The notes: generated by a model not told the origin, from the letters alone. A DNA stretch of 32,000 nt from Aliivibrio fischeri ES114 (GCF_000011805.1 NC_006840.2), one strand, 5' to 3'. Shown: positions 9,610-18,626, numbered from the stretch's first letter. Numbers and translations: made by a program.

Positions 9610-10222
9610 TGTTAAACGTTATTGGTCATTATTATTGGCATCGTTTGTTATGCTTTTTAGCGTAAATAGCTTTGCATTTAGTGTTGATGACTTGCAGCAG
9701 CAACTCGCAAAATCGACGCTTGTTCGTGGTGATTTTAAACAAGTAAGAACCATGCAGATGTTTGCACAACCATTATCGACATCAGGTACTTTTTTGTTGG
9801 ATCATGAAAAGGGGTTATTGTGGCAACAAACAACGCCTTTTCCGATTGCGTTGACTTTAACGCAGAACAAACTTCGCCAATCCATTAATGGTGACACTCA
9901 AGTCATGACGGATTCAGATAATCCAATGGCGTTTTATTTTACTCGTCTATTTCTATCTCTATTTAAAGGGGATACGGAATCCATTAAAGAAAATTTCACT
10001 CTGCAATTAACGGGTGAAAAAGACGCTTGGACACTCATACTTACTCCAACTAAAGCCCCAATTGACAGCGTATTTAAAACCATAAAAATTGAGGGTAATG
10101 ATTATTTAAATCGAGTGGTATTAAGTGAAGTGCGAGGTGACGTAACTGAAATGGTATTTACTAATCAGTCGACAGAACCTGCGACCTTAACAGAAGAAGA
10201 GTTACGTGTTTTCGAATTCTAA
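9602..10222 (+). CDS. LolA-like periplasmic lipoprotein-carrier family protein
   Basis: Has a signal peptide (MLFSVNSFA/FS) and the LolA-like segment GDFKQVRTMQMFAQPLSTSGTFLLDHEKGLLWQQTTPFP. Overlaps the upstream stop by 8 nt. Confidence 0.85.
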   Translation: MLNVKRYWSLLLASFVMLFSVNSFAFSVDDLQQQLAKSTLVRGDFKQVRTMQMFAQPLSTSGTFLLDHEKGLLWQQTTPFPIALTLTQNKLRQSINGDTQVMTDSDNPMAFYFTRLFLSLFKGDTESIKENFTLQLTGEKDAWTLILTPTKAPIDSVFKTIKIEGNDYLNRVVLSEVRGDVTEMVFTNQSTEPATLTEEELRVFEF

Positions 10223-12639
10223 TTGGATAAAACCACGAGTTTTAGCTCTGGTTTGGGCATTGGCTCTATTAGGAATCGCAGGGGTATTTGGTTATCAATG
10301 TACAACCAAAGGCGCACTGCCAATAGAAACCAATATCTTGGCGTTATTACCTGATAATCAACAAGATACAGTTGCTCAGCAAAGCGTTTGATAATATTGC
10401 TAATACCATGAGTGATAAAGTGGGTGTTGTAAGTTAGGCCAAAACCCCAAGGTTGGACAAGTTAAAAAACTGGATTTGAAAGCGGGTGGATTCCAGGTTT
10501 AATGGAACAGGAACTTGGTTTGCGTTTACCCCTTATTGGTTTTGACCTCGGGTAAACGGGCAAACGAATTAAGTTCCCTTGAAGCAACAAACAAGGCGGT
10601 GGGGGGACAACTTTTATTTTTCCTGGCTTCGCGCTCAGTTTACTTGAGCAGCAACAAGGCAAAACCCAAACAATTTAGAAACACGCAACCAGAAGCAGCA
10701 AGTTCAAAAGGTATTACACGCACTATACAATCCTTTTTCAGGTGTGACGGGAGGGGAGTTAGAGAACGATCCTTTCTTGTTATTTCGAGATTATTTATCA
10801 GGGTTAACTCAAAGCTCTGGTAATGTTCAAGTAGAGAATGGCTATCTGATTGCCAAGCACGATGATAAAGAATATGTCGTGATCACCGCTGATCTATCAG
10901 GATCATCATACCAACTCTCTTTGCAGCAGCAATTACCTCAACTATTGTCACTTGAAAGCAAAGTATCAAAGACATTTTCGGTTGATATTCAACATACAGG
11001 TGTGATCTTTTATGCAGCCCATGGGACAGAAAGCGCCAAAGGGGAGATCAGCACAATCGGCCTTGGATCCCTTATCGGAATTATTGTCCTTGTCTTTTTA
11101 GTTTATCGCAGCACATTACCTTTGGCTCTAGCATTACTGTCAATATCAACGGGTCTTGCTTGTGCCTATGTACTGACGATTGCTTTATTTGGTTCCATTC
11201 ATTTGTTTAGTTTGGTTTTTGGTGCCAGCTTAATTGGGGTTTCTATTGATTATGCATTTCACTTTTTAACCGACCGACTTCATGCGGGCAAAAAATGGAA
11301 TTCAGTGGTGGGTATTCAGCAACTGTTTCCAGCCATTACCTTGGGGCTAATTACCAGTTTAATTGGTTATTTAGGGATGCTTATTGCGCCTTTTCCCGGG
11401 TTACAGCAATTATCCTTATTCTCCGCCATTGGTTTAACGGCAGCCTATTTTACAGTGGTATGCTGGTATCCAATATTGGCAAGTAAACCAAATCAATATA
11501 ACAAAGTACCGATGCAACGAGCCTTGAGTCAGTGGCTCTTGGTGTGGCAACAACCGCTTATTCGATTAGTTTTACCATTGAGCTTATTGATTGCTGCAAG
11601 TTTTGGTGTCTATATGGCGAAATATGATGATGATATTCGTCAACTTCAAGCTTTGCCACATGCACTGCAGCAGCAAGAGAGAGAGATAAAAGCGATTACC
11701 GGTGTCAGTGGCTCTCAGCAACTATTGCTTGTACGAGACAGCTCTGAAGAAGGGTTACTGCAAAAGTTAGAAACCATATCGACTAAACTGGATAAACGTA
11801 ATGATTTCGGTGGTTATCAATCCATAAGCCGTTATGTACCGTCACAAAAAAGACAACAAGAAAATTACCAATTAGTTAAACACCTGTATCAGCAACAATC
11901 TGAGTATTATCAAAGTGTCATACAGCAAAAAACAGCGCTGGATTTTTCACAGCAATATCAGCCTCTGACTATAGATGGTTTCTTAGCGTCACCAATATCA
12001 GACACAGTGGGTTTTTTATGGTTAGGCAAAATTGATGATGTATTTGCCTCGGTGATCGCGTTTAACCAAGAAGTGAACAGTACGGAACTGCAAGCATTTG
12101 CAGCGGATAATCACATTACTTATTTAAATAAAGCAGAAGAGATTTCTCGTTTATTTGCAGATTATCGACATCGTATTACCGAGCTATTGTTGTTTGCTTA
12201 TGCCGCTATTTTCTTACTGCTGTTACCTCGCTATAAAATGAAACAAGCGTTTTTAATAGTATTGCCACCATTTATAGCAGGTTGCGCCGGTTTAGCTGTA
12301 ACCGTTTTAACTGGCGTACCGTTGAATTTGTTTAACTTACTAGCCTTGATGTTGATTTTAGGGATCGGAATAGACTACACCTTGTTTTTTGCAGAGCAGA
12401 ATAAGCAAAGTGATGATTCACATAAAGAAAGCACGCTATTAGCGATATCTTTATCTGCGTTAACAACGATTTTGTCATTTGGTTTATTGGCTTTGAGTGA
12501 AACCCAAGCGATTCATAGCTTTGGTATTACGGTTCTTACAGGGATTATCGTGGCTTGGTTACTGGCTCCGTTAAGCCAACAAAATAAAGAGAGTAAAGGG
12601 TATATTAATACGCTTTCGGAGAAAAAAGATGCATCATAA
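10206..12639 (+). pseudogene. MMPL/RND-superfamily exporter gene whose reading frame is interrupted between about 10380 and 10647; either a sequencing artefact or a pseudogene
   Basis: The N-terminal 61 codons (GTG 10206) run into TGA at 10389-10391. The +1 frame then continues sensibly (AFDNIANTMSDKV...). The C-terminal frame is open from 10648 to 12639 and encodes multi-TM MMPL-like sequence (GASLIGVSIDYAFHF, ILGIGIDYTLFF). At least three frame changes are needed to connect the parts. Confidence 0.8.
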
Positions 12640-13255
12640 GGCCATAAAAGTCCGCCACCTTATAGCGCTTGTTCTATCCTTTCTTTTGATGGGATGTGCA
12701 GCAAAACCGGTAAAGCAACCCAACCAAGTAGAAGTATCACAAGGTCAGTTTATTACCTTACCTCAGCCTGAAGAGTATGGCAGTGACTTATCACTTAGTC
12801 AGTTAATCTCAGTTGAATGGCAAGGAAAAAAGAATCAACTTCCTGTTCAACTGCAACTGACAGGTAATGACTTGGTATTAGCTGGCTTTGCCTCATGGGG
12901 TTCTCGTTTATTAAGCTTAGATTATGATGGTCAAACATTAGATACTTACGTAATGGCAGGGCTAAGTGACACGCTACCACCGCCAGAGCAAGTGCTATTT
13001 AATGTCATGATTACCTTGTGGCCACTTGAAGCATGGCAAGAAAGTTTAACTAGCATTGGCTGGCAACTAAACGAACATGACAATCATAGAACATTAGTGA
13101 CTGAATCAGGAAAAACAATCCTTGATGCTCGTTATGATGACATCACAGACAAATTAAGTGGTGAAATTGTGTTAACCAGTCCAGATTTTGGTTATGTCAT
13201 AAAAATTAAAACGTTCTCGCATTCAAATACAACAACTCAAAATAATAACGGATAA
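12629..13255 (+). CDS. Lipoprotein of the APE export module (resembles the DUF3261/LolB-like partner found in APE clusters)
   Basis: Lipobox LLMGCAAKP in a 208-aa product. Overlaps the exporter gene by 11 nt. The family assignment rests on position in the cluster and on memory of APE cluster composition. Confidence 0.75.
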   Translation: MHHKAIKVRHLIALVLSFLLMGCAAKPVKQPNQVEVSQGQFITLPQPEEYGSDLSLSQLISVEWQGKKNQLPVQLQLTGNDLVLAGFASWGSRLLSLDYDGQTLDTYVMAGLSDTLPPPEQVLFNVMITLWPLEAWQESLTSIGWQLNEHDNHRTLVTESGKTILDARYDDITDKLSGEIVLTSPDFGYVIKIKTFSHSNTTTQNNNG

Positions 13256-13260
13256 ATTAA

Positions 13261-14448
13261 ATGAGTGACTTTCCTTTATATATACATGCGTGTGGCTCAC
13301 ATTCAGCCATGGGTAAAGAGGTTGATGAAATCCATCAAGTATTGAGTGGAAATAAAGCGCCATCAATGCATAAAGAGACAGGTTGGCTCAATAATGGAAA
13401 GGCAACAGTCGTTGGTAAAGCATTAGGTGAGTTACCTTTAGTTCCTGAGCATTTGGCTCATTGGGATACCAGAAATAATCAGCTTGTTTTGTCCGCTTTA
13501 CAGCAAATCGAACCTCAAATTAACGCCGCAAAAGAGAAATACGGTTCAGATCGTATTGCTGTTATTGTTGGTACGAGTACTTCAGGGATCTCGGATGGTG
13601 AAGTCGCTTTAAAAGAGAAGATGGAGCAAGGGGCTTTTCCTGCTGGTTATAGCTATAAACAACAAGAGTTAGGAAACCCCGCGGATTTTATTGCTCAATA
13701 TCTTGATATCAATGGACCAACGTATGCGATCTCAACCGCTTGTTCCTCAAGTGGTCGTGTTTTCTTATCAGCAAAGCGTTTATTAAAAGCAGGGTTTGTT
13801 GATGCGGTTATCGTTGGCGGTACTGACAGTTTATGCCGTTTAACATTAAATGGTTTCAACAGCCTAGAAGCACTATCAAATGAGTATTGTCTGCCGTTTA
13901 GTCCCAATCGAAAAGGGATAAACATTGGTGAAGCTAGCGCATATATGTTGTTAAGTGCAGAGCAAAAAGATTCTGATGATCCTATTGCTTTATTAGGAGC
14001 TGGAGATAGCTCAGATGCTCACCATATATCGGCCCCGCACCCTGAAGGAAAAGGGGCAATTGAAGCGATGAATAAAGCGCTAACAGATGCTGGTTTGGAA
14101 CCTAAAGACATTGGTTATATTAATGCGCATGGAACCGCCACACCGCTGAATGATGCCATGGAATCTAAAGCCGTTCATGCGGTGTTTGGTCATTCAGTAC
14201 CGGTGAGCTCAACAAAACCATTCACTGGGCACACATTAGGTGCCGCAGGTATCATTGAAGCAAGCATTTGTTGGCATATTTTAAAGTATAATTTACCGCT
14301 ACCTAAGCAGATTAATGACGGACAGCAAGATGATGCACTGGCTGATATTCAGCTTGTGGTCGATCAACCACTAAGAAAAAAAGCCGTTATTAGTAATTCA
14401 TTTGCCTTTGGCGGTAATAACATCAGTTTAATTTTTGGATGTATTTGA
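13261..14448 (+). CDS. Beta-ketoacyl-ACP synthase (elongating KS)
   Basis: Cys-His-His triad motifs are present: ISTACSSSG, NAHGTATPLND and FTGHTLGAAG. The C-terminal NSFAFGGNN motif is also present. Confidence 0.92.
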   Translation: MSDFPLYIHACGSHSAMGKEVDEIHQVLSGNKAPSMHKETGWLNNGKATVVGKALGELPLVPEHLAHWDTRNNQLVLSALQQIEPQINAAKEKYGSDRIAVIVGTSTSGISDGEVALKEKMEQGAFPAGYSYKQQELGNPADFIAQYLDINGPTYAISTACSSSGRVFLSAKRLLKAGFVDAVIVGGTDSLCRLTLNGFNSLEALSNEYCLPFSPNRKGINIGEASAYMLLSAEQKDSDDPIALLGAGDSSDAHHISAPHPEGKGAIEAMNKALTDAGLEPKDIGYINAHGTATPLNDAMESKAVHAVFGHSVPVSSTKPFTGHTLGAAGIIEASICWHILKYNLPLPKQINDGQQDDALADIQLVVDQPLRKKAVISNSFAFGGNNISLIFGCI

Positions 14449-14909
14449 TGAGTAGTATTCCTCCTTTAATCGACCTTTTACCCCATGATACACCTTTAGC
14501 TCTTGTTGATGAGTTGATTGAGGTAAATGACTTATCGGTTCATTGTCAGGTGACAATCGGTGAGAATAATGTCTTTTTTGATCATGAGACGAAAACCGTT
14601 CCCGCTTGGGTTGGTATTGAGTTCATGGCGCAAAGTATTGCTGGTTGGTCTGGCTATCATGCGTGGAAAAAAGGCAATAAGTCACCAATAGGCTTTTTAC
14701 TTGGTAGCCGTAAATACCAAGCTGAGTGCAGCGAGTTTCAACAAGGCGACACACTCGACATTTTTGCAGAGCAAGTGTTAGAGAATAATGGCATGGCCGT
14801 ATTCAGTTGTTATATTGAACATAAAGGACAACAGTTGGCATCGAGCCAATTAAACGTGTTCGTGCCAACAGAAGAAAAATTAGAAGAGCTCTTAACGCCA
14901 AAGCAGTAA
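14448..14909 (+). CDS. Hotdog-fold dehydratase (second DH of the cluster)
   Basis: 153 aa from ATG 14448, which forms a TGATG overlap with the KS stop. The segment AWVGIEFMAQSIAGWSGY is hotdog-type. The track start at 14439 is less likely. Confidence 0.8.
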   Translation: MSSIPPLIDLLPHDTPLALVDELIEVNDLSVHCQVTIGENNVFFDHETKTVPAWVGIEFMAQSIAGWSGYHAWKKGNKSPIGFLLGSRKYQAECSEFQQGDTLDIFAEQVLENNGMAVFSCYIEHKGQQLASSQLNVFVPTEEKLEELLTPKQ

Positions 14910-14928
14910 CGCAGTAGTAGAGGACAAC

Positions 14929-15654
14929 ATGAAAAGACAAGTATTAGTGACAGGCGCCAGTAAAGGCATTGGTCGCGCAATTTCAGAGCAACTAGCAAAG
15001 GATGGCTTTTATATTGTTGTTCATTATATGAGTGATAAAGCTGGCGCAGAGACAACGTTAGCAGCAATTCAAGAGCACGGTGGTGAAGGGCGCTTAATTC
15101 AGTTCGATATTAGTGACCGTGCACAATGTAAAGCGACACTTGAGAGTGATATCGAAACTCATGGTGCATATTATGGTGTGGTAAGTAATGCTGGCATTAC
15201 TCGTGATACCGCTTTCCCTGCAATGACAGAAGAAGAGTGGGATGGCGTAATTCATACCAATTTAGACAGTTTTTATAATGTACTTCATCCTTGTGTTATG
15301 CCGATGGTTCAAAAGCGAAAAGGCGGTCGAATTGTGACGCTTGCATCGGTGTCAGGCATCATGGGTAACCGTGGTCAAACGAACTACAGCGCAGCAAAAG
15401 CTGGCGTTATTGGTGCAACTAAATCTCTTGCGTTAGAGCTAGCAAAACGAAAAATCACAGTAAACTGTGTTGCACCTGGCTTAATTGATACAGGCATGGT
15501 TGATGAGCATGTGAAAGAGCATGCATTGCCACAAGTACCACTTCGAAGAATGGGTGAACCAGAAGAAGTAGCCGGTTTAGTAAGTTACTTAATGTCAGAT
15601 GTTGCGGGTTATGTGACTCGCCAAGTTATTTCAATTAATGGTGGTTTAGTATGA
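14929..15654 (+). CDS. FabG-family 3-oxoacyl-ACP reductase (SDR)
   Basis: Has the TGASKGIGRA cofactor motif, the NAG motif and the catalytic YSAAK, in a 241-aa product. Confidence 0.95.
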   Translation: MKRQVLVTGASKGIGRAISEQLAKDGFYIVVHYMSDKAGAETTLAAIQEHGGEGRLIQFDISDRAQCKATLESDIETHGAYYGVVSNAGITRDTAFPAMTEEEWDGVIHTNLDSFYNVLHPCVMPMVQKRKGGRIVTLASVSGIMGNRGQTNYSAAKAGVIGATKSLALELAKRKITVNCVAPGLIDTGMVDEHVKEHALPQVPLRRMGEPEEVAGLVSYLMSDVAGYVTRQVISINGGLV

Positions 15655-16886
15655 GTCGTCGTGTAGTCGTAACCGGAATGTCTGGTGTTACCGCTTTAGG
15701 TAGTGATTGGAACACCGTAGGCGAAAACCTACGTAAGTGTGAAAATGCCACTCAATATATGCCAAGCTTTGAAGTCTACGATGGTCTTAATACTAAGCTA
15801 GCAGCCCCTATTAATGATTTCACATTACCAAAGCACTATACCCGTAAAAAAATTCGTTCTATGGGACGTGTTTCTTTGTTATCTACCGTTGCTTCAGAGC
15901 AAGCCTTAGAGCAAAGTGGCCTTATTGGAAATGACATCTTAACCAATGGCCAAACAGGTATTGCCTTTGGTTCCTCAACCGGTTCTACCGATGCCGTTGG
16001 TGCTTTTGGTGTGATGCTTAATGAGAAATCAACTCGTGCTATTACGGCAACAACCTATGTGCAAATGATGCCACATACCGCAGCGGTTAACGTTGGTTTA
16101 TTCTTTGGTTTACGTGGCCGAGTTATTCCAACAAGCAGCGCATGTACTTCAGGCAGCCAAGCGATTGGTTATGCTTATGAAGCGATTAAACACGGTTATC
16201 AAACGGCAATGGTTGCTGGTGGCGCAGAAGAATTATGCCCAACAGAATCAGCAGTATTTGATACATTATTCGCAACAAGTTTAAAAAACGATGCGCCAAA
16301 AACATCCCCAAGCCCATATGACCAAGATCGCGATGGTCTTGTTATTGGTGAAGGTGCTGGTGCTTTAGTTCTTGAAGAGTATGAACATGCTAAAGCTCGT
16401 GGCGCAACGATTTACGCAGAGCTAGTTGGTTTTGCAAGTAACTGTGATGCTGCCCATGTAACACAACCACAAATGGAAACCATGCAAATGTGTATGGAAA
16501 TGTCGTTAAGGGATGCCAACTTAGCGCCAGAGAAAATTGGTTATGTTTCAGCGCATGGTACCGCAACAGAACGTGGTGATATAGCAGAAAGTACAGCAAC
16601 AGAGAACGTATTTGGCTCATCAATGCCAATCAGTTCATTGAAGTCTTATTTTGGTCATACATTAGGTGCATGTGGTGCGATTGAAGCGTGGTTATCCATT
16701 GAGATGATGCGTAACAATTGGTTTAGCCCAACATTGAACTTAAATAATGTAGATGAGCGTTGCGGTAAGTTAGATTACATTACAGGTACAGGTCGTGAAA
16801 TTGAGTGTGATTACATCATGAGTAACAACTTTGCTTTTGGTGGTATTAATACATCACTTATCTTTAAGCGCTGGACTGAAGAGTAG
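15651..16886 (+). CDS. Beta-ketoacyl-ACP synthase (FabB/F-like); last gene of the operon
   Basis: Contains the motifs SSACTSGSQA, SAHGTATERGD, FGHTLGACG and NNFAFGGIN. Forms an ATGA overlap with the reductase gene. Confidence 0.95.
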   Translation: MSRRVVVTGMSGVTALGSDWNTVGENLRKCENATQYMPSFEVYDGLNTKLAAPINDFTLPKHYTRKKIRSMGRVSLLSTVASEQALEQSGLIGNDILTNGQTGIAFGSSTGSTDAVGAFGVMLNEKSTRAITATTYVQMMPHTAAVNVGLFFGLRGRVIPTSSACTSGSQAIGYAYEAIKHGYQTAMVAGGAEELCPTESAVFDTLFATSLKNDAPKTSPSPYDQDRDGLVIGEGAGALVLEEYEHAKARGATIYAELVGFASNCDAAHVTQPQMETMQMCMEMSLRDANLAPEKIGYVSAHGTATERGDIAESTATENVFGSSMPISSLKSYFGHTLGACGAIEAWLSIEMMRNNWFSPTLNLNNVDERCGKLDYITGTGREIECDYIMSNNFAFGGINTSLIFKRWTEE

Positions 16887-16908
16887 CGCTGTCTAAATAA
16901 CAAATAAT

Positions 16909-16941
16909 AAAAAACCGGTGAAGAAATTCACCGGTTTTTTT
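16909..16941 (+). terminator. Rho-independent terminator of the APE operon; bidirectional in form
   Basis: The sequence AAAAACCGGTGAA-gaaa-TTCACCGGTTTTTTT is a perfect stem with a 4-nt loop, flanked by an A-run and a T-run, 23 nt after the stop. Confidence 0.85.
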
Positions 16942-16965
16942 GTGTCTTTAAAAAGCAAAGCTAAA

Positions 16966-17409
16966 TTAGTTTACCCAGTCACGTAGTGTGAAAGTTAGCT
17001 CGTGCTCTTGGCCTTTAAGGATAAGACCTTCTTTAGTTAGTGTAATGTCACTCCAAGTAGATAGAGTGCTAGACACAGCTTGTTCTGTTGTCATCACATC
17101 ACCCATACACATTTTCATTGTCATTCCCATTTTCTCAATGCGGAATTGACCTTCTTCATTTAGCTCAGCTTGGCCAAAGAAGTTGTTACAGCCTGCATTA
17201 CCATTTGCTGTCATCTTTTCGCCGATTTCAAGACGTGGAGCTTCCATTTCTTCTGGAGTAGCGATGTCTTTACCATCAACTTGAGTTAACTGCCAGTTGT
17301 GGTGTTGAAGCATGTCTGCAGAGATTTGTGCGTCAGTGTTGTTATCACCATTGCTTGCACAAGCAGCCATTAATACAGGAAGAGATACAGCAACTAATAA
17401 TTTTTTCAT
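16966..17409 (-). CDS. hslJ: Heat-shock lipoprotein HslJ (META domain)
   Basis: Has the lipobox LMAAC. LQHHNWQL..., GEKM..G..GCNNFFG and MTMKMC align with E. coli HslJ as I recall it. Confidence 0.85.
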   Translation of the reverse strand: MKKLLVAVSLPVLMAACASNGDNNTDAQISADMLQHHNWQLTQVDGKDIATPEEMEAPRLEIGEKMTANGNAGCNNFFGQAELNEEGQFRIEKMGMTMKMCMGDVMTTEQAVSSTLSTWSDITLTKEGLILKGQEHELTFTLRDWVN

Positions 17410-17625
17410 TTTAACTCCTAGAGAGATTTATTAGGAACTACCTAATATTCAATTCATTTTAGTATAAAAATTTAAAAATGCCTAATGTCAAATGTACGTA
17501 AAAAACGGTGTTCAATTAGTTTGTGTTTTAAAAATAAGAATAGGATATGAACAGGATTTAAGTCATGCTTGGGATGAATGAGTAGGGTAAAAAAAGAAAG
17601 GAAAAAACAAAGTACCAGATAGATT

Positions 17626-17656
17626 AAAGCCCCGATACTGGTAATATCAGGGCTTT
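17626..17656 (-). terminator. Probable rplY terminator hairpin
   Basis: On the minus strand the sequence reads AAAGCCCTGATA-ttaccag-TATCGGGGCTTT, a 12-bp stem with one mismatch, about 70 nt after the rplY stop. No immediate U-run follows. Confidence 0.45.
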
Positions 17657-17724
17657 AAAGGGTTTGTTATTTCAATTGGTAAGAAAGAAATAGCAATAAT
17701 GCAAAAGAGTAAAACAGACTCGAA

Positions 17725-18003
17725 TTAGATGCGGATGAAGTCCATGTGCTCAACTTTAGGCTTAAACGCGTGACGTTGAACGTCTTGCGGTTTAACCTTA
17801 ACAGCAGCGCCATCGATTACTAGCTCAATTGCTTCGTAAAATGCTGGCTTGTCCATTTGGTTGATCACTGCGTCATGGTCTAGTGCGATAGAAACTGGCG
17901 CTTCTGTGCCACCATAAACGATTGCTGGGAATTTACCAGCGTGACGAAGGCGGCGGCTCGCACCCTTACCTTGTTCAGTACGTACTACTGCTTCAAATTT
18001 CAT
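17725..18003 (-). CDS. rplY: 50S ribosomal protein L25
   Basis: [32 protein letters not shown]...[20 protein letters not shown] matches E. coli L25 closely. I chose ATG 18003 (92 aa) rather than the track's TTG at 18018. Confidence 0.95.
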   Translation of the reverse strand: MKFEAVVRTEQGKGASRRLRHAGKFPAIVYGGTEAPVSIALDHDAVINQMDKPAFYEAIELVIDGAAVKVKPQDVQRHAFKPKVEHMDFIRI

Positions 18004-18093
18004 AGTCTTTACTCTCAAATAGTAAAATAAATAAATGCCGTTAAGCTTAGCGACCTAACTTAACAGACTTTTCGTTTCGAAAAACGAGCGCGG

Positions 18094-18122
18094 ATAATAG
18101 CATTCACTTGGTTAACTCACAA
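18094..18122 (-). promoter_or_regulatory. Candidate sigma70 promoter for rplY
   Basis: The minus strand reads TTGTGA-17 nt-TATTAT (-35 at 18117-18122, -10 at 18094-18099), about 90 nt upstream of the rplY ATG. This is a pattern match only. Confidence 0.4.
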
Positions 18123-18148
18123 CCTATTTTCGTGAATTTACTAAGAGA

Positions 18149-18186
18149 ATTTGCTAATCTGGCTTTTAAAAGCCAGATTAGCAAAT
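18149..18186. repeat. 38-bp perfect palindrome AATTTGCTAATCTGGCTTTT|AAAAGCCAGATTAGCAAATT
   Basis: I verified every base pair by hand: 19-bp arms with no spacer. It lies 15 nt upstream of the cytochrome ATG, directly 5' of its SD (TGGAG, 18191-18195), and about 27 nt upstream of the putative rplY -35 element. Confidence 0.9.
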
Positions 18187-18200
18187 CAAATGGAGTTGAT

Positions 18201-18626
18201 ATGAAAAAAATAGCGATATTAGGCCTATTTTCTTGTTCTTTAATGGCCAATGACTTTTCAAGTGAAATTGAACAACGACAAGATAACTTTCAGCACTTAG
18301 ACGCCACTGCCGACCAATTGGATGACGCGTTTGATAATGAAGTCGTTGAATGGGACAAGATTATACCATTAGCCAAAAGTGCATACTTAACGGTACAAGA
18401 GCAAAAAACACTGTTTCCAGAAGGCAGTGCGGATAACAGCAGAGCAAGAACAAAAATTTGGCAACAAAAGCCAGAGTTTGAAGAGAAGTTCACCGTACTT
18501 GCAGAGCAGTTTCAATTATTAGAGAAAGCAGCGAAAAATAAAGATGAACAAGCAGCAAGAGAAGCACTCAGTGGTGCTTATTCTCAATGCCGTTCATGTC
18601 ATATGAGTTATCGTTCTCTATGGTAA
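18201..18626 (+). CDS. Class II c-type cytochrome (cytochrome c-prime / c-556 family), periplasmic
   Basis: Has a signal peptide (MKKIAILGLFSCSLMA/ND). The mature part is about 120 aa and predicted helical, with a single heme motif CRSCH 8 residues from the C-terminus, the hallmark of class II cytochromes c. Start is at ATG 18201 with SD TGGAG; the track's 18108 extension is rejected. Confidence 0.8.
   Translation: MKKIAILGLFSCSLMANDFSSEIEQRQDNFQHLDATADQLDDAFDNEVVEWDKIIPLAKSAYLTVQEQKTLFPEGSADNSRARTKIWQQKPEFEEKFTVLAEQFQLLEKAAKNKDEQAAREALSGAYSQCRSCHMSYRSLW

Noticed and set aside
10380-10647. Programmed ribosomal frameshifting or another recoding event in the exporter gene.
   Set aside because: Several frame changes in different directions are needed within about 270 bp. 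No slippery heptamer or stimulatory structure pattern is present. The region shows systematic base doubling, which points to an artefact or, failing that, decay.
10462-10823. Track ORFs 10462-10662 (-) and 10515-10823 (+).
   Set aside because: They lie entirely inside the corrupted stretch of the exporter gene and give low-complexity translations (PPPP, KRKP). They are by-products of the frameshifts.
1552-16629. Short nested or antisense ORFs inside APE genes (for example 1552-1782, 3069-3260, 4775-5086, 4937-5119, 7719-7952, 8289-8558, 11295-11486, 12795-12980, 13695-13925, 14810-15067, 16093-16284, 16390-16629).
   Set aside because: Each lies within a longer ORF that carries diagnostic catalytic motifs. 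None has an SD or any recognisable motif.
18108-18200. N-terminal extensions suggested by the ORF track. They affect the cytochrome gene (18108), the PLD gene (20382), the GNAT gene (to 25537), yjhX (to 24912), ACP1 (3055), the ligase (4141), rplY (18018) and tetR (26106).
   Set aside because: The extensions begin at non-ATG or SD-less codons, run through promoters, palindromes or upstream genes, and would bury signal peptides. Internal starts with SDs give lengths matching known homologues.
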